Source: Candidatus Obscuribacteraceae bacterium (GTDB lineage: Bacteria; Cyanobacteriota; Vampirovibrionia; Obscuribacterales; Obscuribacteraceae). From it: DNA of 64,000 bases. Under the pieces are notes generated by a model. The model saw only the letters and a program-made list of their open reading frames with translations, was not told where the DNA came from and made no database searches. Position numbers and translations under genes: made by a program. The stretch lies in contig JBGAHS010000001.1 in assembly GCA_044226015.1 (NCBI GenBank), positions 1,280,001 to 1,344,000 of the forward strand. The letters run 5' to 3'. Shown in pieces: positions 51,660 to 61,000 of the stretch; within the stretch, counting starts at the first letter, position 1; every line of letters begins with the position of its first letter.

Positions 51660-52423
51660 TAGCTCTTCTGCGAGTTTGCTTCCATGAAGGCTAGAGTCAG
51701 TTGCCATGCGTCAGTTGCGGCTTCACGATGGTAGAACTCTCTTGTGTCATTAAAGAATGCGTGTTTTGCGTTAGGATAGATTTTGATATGCGTTTTCTTT
51801 CCGAGATCGAGCTGCTTTTTCTCTAACTCATTGATGTGCACAATTGGAATCAAATCGTCGATGCCACTGAAAAGTCCAAGGAAAGGACAATTGAGTCCGC
51901 CGGTGTAAGAAATTGGGTGGCGAGGCTTTTCTGTGGTGATGTCCTGGTAGTAAATTCGTCCGTAGTAGTCGATGGCATAAGCGAGTAGGGGTGTTCTTGC
52001 TGCAAATAAGTATGCGATAGCGCCGCCCATGCAGTAACCCAGCGTCCCGATGGCTTTGGGGTTAACTCTTGCGAATTTGCGGGCGTGGTCGAAAACTGAC
52101 TGGAGATCGCTTATCAGCTGCTCGTCAGGGATGCTTGCCCAGACGGCTCTCATCGCTGCCAGATCGTTACGGTCGTAAGGCAAATTTGGATGGTATGCAA
52201 AAAGGTCGGGTGCAAAAACTATGTAGCCTTCCTGGGCGAATCTCCTGGCAACTTCTCGGATGTGTTCATTTACGCCAAAAATCTCGTGAATGAGAATCAG
52301 TGCCGGATAGACTTTGTTGTCATCAGGAGCTGCACAATAGACTGGAAGGCTGCCCCCGCTTCTTTTAATGCTGAATTCCTCTTCGAAAAGGCCAGAATTC
52401 GAATTGGGATGGCGGTCATGCAT
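51659..52423 (-). CDS. Dienelactone hydrolase family protein
   Basis: HEIFGVNEHIREVARRFA, GYCMGG, YPNAKHAFFND. Confidence 0.93.
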   Translation of the reverse strand: MHDRHPNSNSGLFEEEFSIKRSGGSLPVYCAAPDDNKVYPALILIHEIFGVNEHIREVARRFAQEGYIVFAPDLFAYHPNLPYDRNDLAAMRAVWASIPDEQLISDLQSVFDHARKFARVNPKAIGTLGYCMGGAIAYLFAARTPLLAYAIDYYGRIYYQDITTEKPRHPISYTGGLNCPFLGLFSGIDDLIPIVHINELEKKQLDLGKKTHIKIYPNAKHAFFNDTREFYHREAATDAWQLTLAFMEANSQKS

Positions 52424-52540
52424 TGCAAATTTCCTGTGATTCTATGTTCTAAAGATGAGAAATGTCGGTTTCAAATGTGGAATAGTCTGATTGTAACCAA
52501 GCAACGATTCGGACAGGCATTTCAGGGACTGAATTATTAA

Positions 52541-54439
52541 GTGCTGATAAAACGAGTTATTAGTTTAGCGTTCTTGAGCGGATTATTTCTTGGACTTGCG
52601 CCGCTTGATTTCGTTGTGTCTGAGGCGAAGGCCGAGTCCCTTTCCGTGACAAACGGCAGCAAGGGTGCCAGCACTGTTCCAGTTTCGCAATCTTCTCAAA
52701 TCGTTATTTTGCCGATGTTGATAGTTGGTAGGCAGTGTACCTTCAGTGTGGTCGACGGAAATGGTAGACCACTTTCAAATGCTGGAGTGAATCTGGGTGA
52801 GCAATTATTTGTGACCGATTCCATGGGTACCGTCACTTTCAATGTTCCTGATCAGGATGCTTTTGAGCTGACTTTGCAGGGTGATGGGCGCAAAAAGATT
52901 GGCAAACGCAAGTTTAAGCGTGTCACTGACAAAGTTCTTGCAGAGAGTGATTCGCTAGCTGAGGCTGCAAGCAGTATTTTGAATCTCGATAGCACTACAT
53001 CTGGTGCACCAGCTGTCTTGTACTCGCCTTCAGTCATTTCTCCGGGCGAAGTGTTTGTTGTTTTAGGGAAGAATTTTTCCGAGAAAATTTCCGACAACGT
53101 CATCGATATTGATGGGTTAAATGCAACGGTCCTTTCAGCGAGTAAAGATGGACTTCTGGCGCTTGCGCCAGTTCGCTTGCGGATGGGGCCGCAAAAGGAA
53201 ATTTTTGTCACAGTGAATAATCAAGCCTCAAATATCTGTGAGCTTGATGTGGCTACACCGTTTTTCAATCATTCGAAAACTGATGACAATGATGCCTCTC
53301 CTGAGCACGGAAAGTTGGGAATGAATGGAACGAACGTGCCTTGTCTTTTGAGAGTTGTAAACGAAGACACTGATGCTGTCACGCTCTGGTCACCAAAGCA
53401 GGAGCCGATGGGGAAGACAAATATTCTTCTTACTCCTGGTGGTGATCAAAATTTTCTAGATATAGACATGCGAGTTCTAGCTCGATCGAAAAAAGAAAAC
53501 CCGGTCAGTTTAAGTCTTGAACAAGCAATGGGTTCTCTGAATGGCAGTGGCACTATTCCTCCGCAATTACTCAGTGCGATTTGCAAGGCTGAGATTATTC
53601 GTTTGGAAAGACGCAAGGTTGCAACGGAATATCGTTTGGATGCCTTGCGAAAGATGAGTGGACCTGAACTTTCCGGACAAACAATTGATGCTGACAAAAT
53701 GGAGACGGAGAGCAAAGCGCTTTCTCTAAGACTGCAAAGAATCAGGAAGAGTCTCAGTGCTCGTCAAGCCATTTTTGAAAGTCTTGGTTACACAGATGCA
53801 CAGTACAGGCAAGTTTTGGATGATGCTACAGGTGGTGCATTATTGACGCTGGACCAGTCGGTGAAACCAATTGTCATAGTTTCAGATGGTGGCGTTGCTT
53901 ATGCCTCCAGCGACTCGGATAACAAGCCAGCGCCGAAGACTAAGAAAAAGGCTATTTCACAGAGGATGATGGAGCCGGTAATACGACTTCTTCCACCGAT
54001 GACAAAAGAAGAGCAAGCCATATTTGATGCGATGCAATCAAAAACTCCGACGGGAAACCTTGGGGACTCAACTACTTCTGGTCGATCAGGTGGTGACAAC
54101 GTCGTCACCAATGCAGAGGGGGTTCAGCTAAGAGGGCAGAATTTTGTCGAACCAGAGCCGGGGTTTTCGGAAGAATCTCGCGCTGGTTTGGGTAAACCGG
54201 GAGATTCTGTTAAATCCCTGAAGAGTTCGGCAGGTTCCAAGCCTGCCGCTTCTGTAAATTCCAAGCCAGCTCCCGTGCATTCCAAGCCTGCAGCTGAGAA
54301 AACAAATTTGGTGAAAGATTCGAATGCAAAAAGCTTAGCTGTGAAAAAGTCCAAGCGTGGCAAGCCTGCGATTTCCTCCAAGACTGCTAAGCGTTCAATT
54401 AGTTCTGTGGTGCTTAAGAAGCGCAGGCGTCGTCGCTAA
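52541..54439 (+). CDS. Exported hypothetical protein with an IPT/TIG-like domain and a basic C-terminal tail
   Basis: Signal peptide; SPSVISPGEVFVVLGKNFS; ends KKRRRRR. Confidence 0.7.
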   Translation: MLIKRVISLAFLSGLFLGLAPLDFVVSEAKAESLSVTNGSKGASTVPVSQSSQIVILPMLIVGRQCTFSVVDGNGRPLSNAGVNLGEQLFVTDSMGTVTFNVPDQDAFELTLQGDGRKKIGKRKFKRVTDKVLAESDSLAEAASSILNLDSTTSGAPAVLYSPSVISPGEVFVVLGKNFSEKISDNVIDIDGLNATVLSASKDGLLALAPVRLRMGPQKEIFVTVNNQASNICELDVATPFFNHSKTDDNDASPEHGKLGMNGTNVPCLLRVVNEDTDAVTLWSPKQEPMGKTNILLTPGGDQNFLDIDMRVLARSKKENPVSLSLEQAMGSLNGSGTIPPQLLSAICKAEIIRLERRKVATEYRLDALRKMSGPELSGQTIDADKMETESKALSLRLQRIRKSLSARQAIFESLGYTDAQYRQVLDDATGGALLTLDQSVKPIVIVSDGGVAYASSDSDNKPAPKTKKKAISQRMMEPVIRLLPPMTKEEQAIFDAMQSKTPTGNLGDSTTSGRSGGDNVVTNAEGVQLRGQNFVEPEPGFSEESRAGLGKPGDSVKSLKSSAGSKPAASVNSKPAPVHSKPAAEKTNLVKDSNAKSLAVKKSKRGKPAISSKTAKRSISSVVLKKRRRRR

Positions 54440-55041
54440 GTCTGTTCAAGAAAGATTCAAGCTCTGAATGCCGAACCCAATTTGCTAGCGTGCGGTTTAG
54501 TGCCAGTGCCTCAAAAGATTAAAGCAAAATAGGTACATGAAAATTCGATTTGTTCGTCCATACAGATCCTGAAATGTTGCCTGAACAACAAAACAAAGCT
54601 GGTTCTTAGGACAGTCTATCGGAAAGTTCCAGCTTAGCTCGTAATTGTAATGCAGCTAACATTACAGCGAAGCTAAGAAACATCAATTCAGGGCTTGGAA
54701 GCCACACCCCCTTGCTGACACCTGAAAACCAGCATGTTTGCTTTCCAGTTTCTCGACCGTGTTGGCGAATCTGAGCTTCTGTTAGCTGCAAGGACAATTT
54801 CTAGTATCAGAAGCGGTGTCAGGAAATGAAAGTCCAGCCATGGTCGCAGATTAATTCTGGAATTGCAGAATGCTGTTTCTATCGTAATACCAACGATGTG
54901 GCAGGCTAGCGTATACGTTAAATTGGGGGACAGATGTACCCGGACCGTGCGTTGTGGCGTAAACTGGTCTTATGTGCAGATAGAGACGTCAGGTTTTATG
55001 TAGCCTGACGTATGTTTCGAACTCCATCCGAGGGCTCTTGA

Positions 55042-58000
55042 ATGACTTCACCAAGCAGAACTTCCTGGAAGCCGCTTTTGTCTTTGTTTTGCTTGCTTTC
55101 TGGGCAAGTTGCGTATGGGCAAAATGTGCCGATTCCAAGTTCAAGTTCCAACACTGCTTCTCAAGCAGGTCGGGGCATGAGACCAGGGATGGTCAATACT
55201 TCAGGAGCCACGGCGATCGTCTCGGGGCATCGACCTGTCAATCTTGACTTGAGCTCGTCCTCAGCAACGATTTCGGCGGCAGGGCTTGTGCCGAATGGCA
55301 ATGTCAGCATAAATGTCGGTAATTCGACTCAGATAGTCACCCCTATGTCGATGTTGACTCCAGCGGAGATGCTGGCTGTTTATCAGGTGGTTAATAGCGG
55401 CGCTCAATCTATCCTTGTTGGCTCGACAGGTACGGCGGTCGGTGGTTCTCTGGACATAGGGGCTCAATTGAGCCACAACATTAACAGCCTTGTAATTCCC
55501 AAAGGGGTTTCGGCCGTTACTAATGTTGCTAACAGTTCCGGACTCTCGATAAGCGGCAATTTGGTTAATGCAGGCAGTTTGCTAGCAGTGTCTGATAATG
55601 CGGCGGTGAAGACTGCTCAAATTTCCGCTAACAACATCTATAACAATCCAAATGCGCTCATTTCGACTGTCGTTCCGCAAGGTGGAGTTGCGGGATACAA
55701 CAATCTGGTCAGCAATTTGAACTTGAATTTGAATGCCGCAAATAACGTCGTTAATAATGGCACCATATCTAGTGCTGGCAATTTGTCCATTAGTGCTGCT
55801 GGAACGATATCAAATACGGTGGCACTGGACAGTTCTATTGCTGTAAGTACCACAACTCCGTCCTTGTTAGCTGTTGGCGATATCTCTCTTGTAAGCGGCT
55901 CTGGAAACCTGCTCAACTCTGGGCTGATTCAAGCCGGTGGTTCTGTAAATGTAGCTACGAAGGACCCTTCGACTAATCTAGCAATTAACAACACCGGTGG
56001 ATTGATTCAGGCTTTAGGTACTACCGCAGGTGATCTCTCGGGCATGATCAATATTCGCGAGCACGATTACAGTGCAAGTGCGAGTACGTTGTTGGTTGGA
56101 GGCGATTGGGACTCGAAGCAGCTTAATGTTAATGGCGGGCAGGGCGAAGTATTTGCGAATGTGGAGAATGTCAGCGGTAAGTTGAATACAAATGCCGGCA
56201 TTGCTCACGTATATGCAGAAACCCCTAATCTCACCATTGGCGAATGCACCATTAGTGGTGACCCGACCTATGTGAATTCCGGGGGGAACGTAACCATCAG
56301 CGGTACCCTGGCGGAAGCAGAATCTCTTGCAATCATAGCTTCCGGCAACATTTTAGCTGCTTCTGGCGTGGCGTCTAAGATTGTAAACTCCGATGGTGTT
56401 CGAGGCTATGACGTTTACTTGATTGCTGGTGCCAAAGTCACGATCACCAACTGCACGGGATGTTCTAACAGCGCTGGTGGAATCACAGTGCCAACTGGCA
56501 AGGTGACTGCGGGATTTGTTCAAGTCGCTACTGGTGGTACTGGCGGGAAGATTGACCTCACCACCGGCAATACCTTGTCTTCGGGTTCTATCATCGACAC
56601 CAGTGGCACCACTGCGCGAGGTGGCGACGTATACTTGATCGCTCTAGGCGGCACGTCCGGCACGATCAGTTATCCGACAGGCACTAGTATCAACACTGGG
56701 GCGGGCGTTGACAAATCCACTGATGGCAAGGTCTTCATTTTCGCTGGGAGCACAGCCGGCACTAGCAACCTTGGTGGTATCGTCACCACGTCGGGGGTTG
56801 GTCCGAACACCCTCCAGGGCGGAATCGACATCCGCACTGCAGCTCCAGTTTTCTCGGGTGGTGCGGGCGCTTGCGGCACTTGCATCAGCTTCGACTCAAC
56901 AGGTGTTCAGTCAGGATCTATAGGCAATGGAACAGCGTCAAACGGCAATATTAATCTCAATGGAAACGTCGTCACTCGAAATGGAGCTAGTATTTTGGCG
57001 ACGATCGGGACCGGCACTCTCACCACTATTGGCACATTGACCACCGGGCTGAATCAGCTCGGGGCTGGTGGGTTGGTCGTCACTGGTCCTGTGACCGGTG
57101 GTATCACCTACAGCGGTAGCGGGTCTCCCAGCATACTCGCAAATGTGAATGGGGCTGTAGACCTGACGACAAGTGCGGGCAGCGTGACAATTGGTGATGC
57201 TACCCATCCTGTAACGATTACTGGCAATCTCTCCGTGAACTCTGCTAATGCTACTACACTTGGCAAGAGTGCAAGCATACAGAGTACCAATGTTTCAATC
57301 ATTTCAAAGAGTCTGTCAGTGGATGCGAGCGCCAGCATTTCTGGTACTAATAGTGTCTACTTCAAAGGCGCCTCAGTCAGTATCGGTAGTGGTACTGGAC
57401 TGCTTATTACAAGCGCCGTGTTAGGACAAATAACCACCAACAATCTGATGGTCGACTCAAACACTAGCATCACAGTAAATGCAAATCTTAATACCAGTGG
57501 AACTGGTGCTGGAGCTTACAATCTGTACTTTAATGCCTTGTCTACCACCTTCACTACCGGCACCAATACGGTGACATTGGGCAACAAGACTCTTGACGTG
57601 AACTCTGTGGGAGCTTTAACTATTGGAAATATCACCGCTGGTGATACCACGATAAACCTCACTTCTTCTGGTGGCGCTGTAAACCCGTCTACGATAACTG
57701 CGGGAAAGTCGACCGTCACAATCACTGCTGCTACAACGGTGCCCTTGAAGGGGGTTTCGCTTGATACCACTTCAGGTTCTCTAGCTGTGCACTCTAGTGC
57801 AGCTGGTGTCCAGGCTATCTCGCAAAGTGCTGGTAATTTGTCTGCCGGCTTCATTGATCTGCAGGTCCACAACAGCACTGCTGGGAGCAATATCGGGACA
57901 GCTGCGGCTCCTATCCTGATTTCCTCTGCTAATTCCTTTGTCAGTTCAAATGTTGCAGGAGCCTCCTCCTCTGCCTTTATTCGAAACACCAGTGGTGGTG

Positions 58001-61000
58001 TGATGAACTTCCAGTCCTCGGGAGGTCTCAATTCTGGAAGCACCACTTTGACGGTGACCGGAGCGGGCAGTATCAATTTTTCAGGCGACGTGCTTGGAGC
58101 TGCTTTGAAAGCCACCACTGGGTCTGGAACAATCACCGCTAGCAACAGCACGCTGATTGTAGCTGGTACAACTGTGACGTTGACTTCAACCAGCGCGGAC
58201 ATAGGCTCAGTCGGTACACCGATCAATGTTCGCACGACGGGCTCAGGAAACACCATCACCGCGGATACGACAGGATCTGTTTTCCTCAACGTTACCAATA
58301 GTGTTTTGCCAAAATTTGCTAGTACAAGCACTTTTGCAAATCTAACTTTGACTACGGACGGTTTTATTGAGACTAGTACTGCGCTGGCTGCGACTAATGC
58401 GCTCAGCATCAGCACTCTTGGCGGCAACATAAACATGGACCTTTCGCTGAGTGCAAAAACAGTCTTTCTGTCCACCGGCGGCGGCAATCTAAATCAGGCC
58501 GCCGGAACTGTAACTGGTTCGACAAGCGTTGCGATTGAAGGCAATAGTATAGTTCAGGTCAAGACTGCCACTCCAAGCTTACTGTTGCGAGGCGTTTCGG
58601 GTGACATTAATGTTGTCAATACTGGAGTCGTTACAGTGTCTTCCAGTGGCTCTGGGGCGAACGATGGGGTCTCAGTTAGCAATAACAACAACATTACTGT
58701 CTCTGGCAGTTTGATTGGCAATACAGGTTCGAATGCTCAGCCTTTTGCTTTCCAAACAACTGCTAACAACGGAAATATCATTTTCAACGCGGATGTTAAG
58801 GGGGCTCCTGGCATAACTGCTCTGACCAACGGCACCGGCACTGTCACTGTAGCGACTGGTGTCACACTGCAATCGCCTGGTAAAATATCGCTCGGAGCGG
58901 CGTCTGTGAATCTCAACGGAACTGCGAAAGTAGATTCCGCCACTTCTGTGCAAGTTTACCCAAATGTGGCGGGCACTTCTATTGGTATCAATGGTGGTGC
59001 CGGCACCTTTGCTGTTCCTGCCAGTTTGATTAGCAAGTTTACAACTCCTCAACTAATAATTGGAAGTCAGTCCGTGGGTTCGGGCGCGGTTACACAGTCC
59101 GGTTCGTTGACCATCGACAAGAGTGGCTACAGCACTTACGAGCTGCAGATTGTCACTAATGGCACTTACAACGGGGTCGGTAGCACCACAACGCTGACGG
59201 GCGATCACGATACATTTACAGTGAACTCCGTGCAGAAAGCAGATATCGGCACTATAAATGGAACGGGAACTGCTGGCGGTGTCGTTAACATAACAGCTTC
59301 CGGAGTGACCATCCAGGCACTTGGTTTCTCACTTCTTGGAACAGCCAGTGCGACTATAACAGCAAACGGACTTAGTGGAAACATTGCCAAGAGCGCAACT
59401 ACTCCTGGTATTTTAACCGTCCCCTTCTTGACTCTTGCCGCCACTGGTACGACAAGCAACATCACGGGATTATCGATATCAACAACAAGTTTAACAACTT
59501 CGACATCGTCAGGTAATGTAAGCCTTACAAACACTTCCTCTGGGACTACACTTGGAATAGCGAACACAAATGTCACAGGCACATTTAGTGTAACTAGTGA
59601 CGGACCTGTCTTCCTTTCGTTCAACCAGCAGGCGTCGGTAAGCTATAGTTTGACCACAACAGGAGCGATAACAGCTAATTCAATTGGTGCGAAAATTGTT
59701 TCGCCAAATATTAGTCTTACAACAACCACAAAAAGTCCCATCACAATAAACAATGCGGCTAATCAATTGTTGCAGGCTTCCACTTCGCTCAATTTGAGCA
59801 GTGCTGGCGGTGATATTGATGTTTTGAGTGCAACTCCTTCGGTAAAGGTTGATACTTCAGGCAATGCGAACGTATCCAATGCAACTGCTGGAACTCTCAC
59901 GCTGACATCTGGTGGAGCCACCTTCAATAAGCTTACAGTGGCTGCCGATCACGGGCTCACTATCGGTAGCGCGCTTACTGCTGCGGGAGACATTACATTT
60001 ACCACTGCCAACAATGGCGGTGTTGTGGTCAATGGTGGCAATGTCACATCGAATCTCGGCAATGTTTTTATCACTGCAAATGGGACTGGGACGATCAATC
60101 TTTCGAAGGTCGTGAGTTCGTTGACGAAGGATGTGACGCTCACTTCAGGAACGCTGACCGCCTTCACGGGGACCGGTGCTGTATCGGCCGCAGCCGGCAC
60201 CGTGTTCTATATTCCGACTGCCGGCACTACCGTTGGAGTGGCTGGAGGGGCTGGAACCTATGCGGTACTTGCAGCTCAGCTCTCTGCTAGCACTGCCAAA
60301 ACTGTGCAAATAGGTGATAATGCATCAGGAAACATCAACTCCGGGTCATTCACCCTGAATACTTCAGGGGCAGGTTCTTTTGATATCAAACTCAAGACTG
60401 CTGGAACGTTCACAGCAGCTGCTGCAACTACAATAAATTTGCAGTCTCATAATATGAATATTGATGCAAAAGGTGCCTTGTCTATAGGAACAGTTTCTGG
60501 CACAGGTTCAGCGCTTACGATGAATGCTGATAGCATCACTATGACAAAGAATATTGGGCTGGGAACATCGAGTTCTGCAACTTTGTCGGCAAATTCAGGG
60601 GCGATAGCGAACACAGGTTTCACGCTTACGGCAGCGTCTGTGAGCGTAACTGCCGGAACAAATATTGGTGCTGGATCTGGCAGTCCACTGACGATATCTT
60701 CAAGCAGCCTTTCCTATTTTGCTGCCGGAAATTCGGACATAAACAATACTAGTGGCAGCACGTTAACCGTATCTGGCATAGCGTCGGCAAATAACTCAAC
60801 ATTGAAGTCTAATAGTTCTATAGTCACCACGACTGACCTTTCAGCAAACAGTTTGTCTGTTGTGAGCACCAGTGGTGGTATCAGCTTCGGCGGGAACATA
60901 ACTGGCGCCGACGTGGTTCTGACGGCGAGTGCTGCTAACTCAATTAGCAAGACCGGAGCGTTCACCATTACTGGTACCAATACCATTTCTCTGACCAGCG

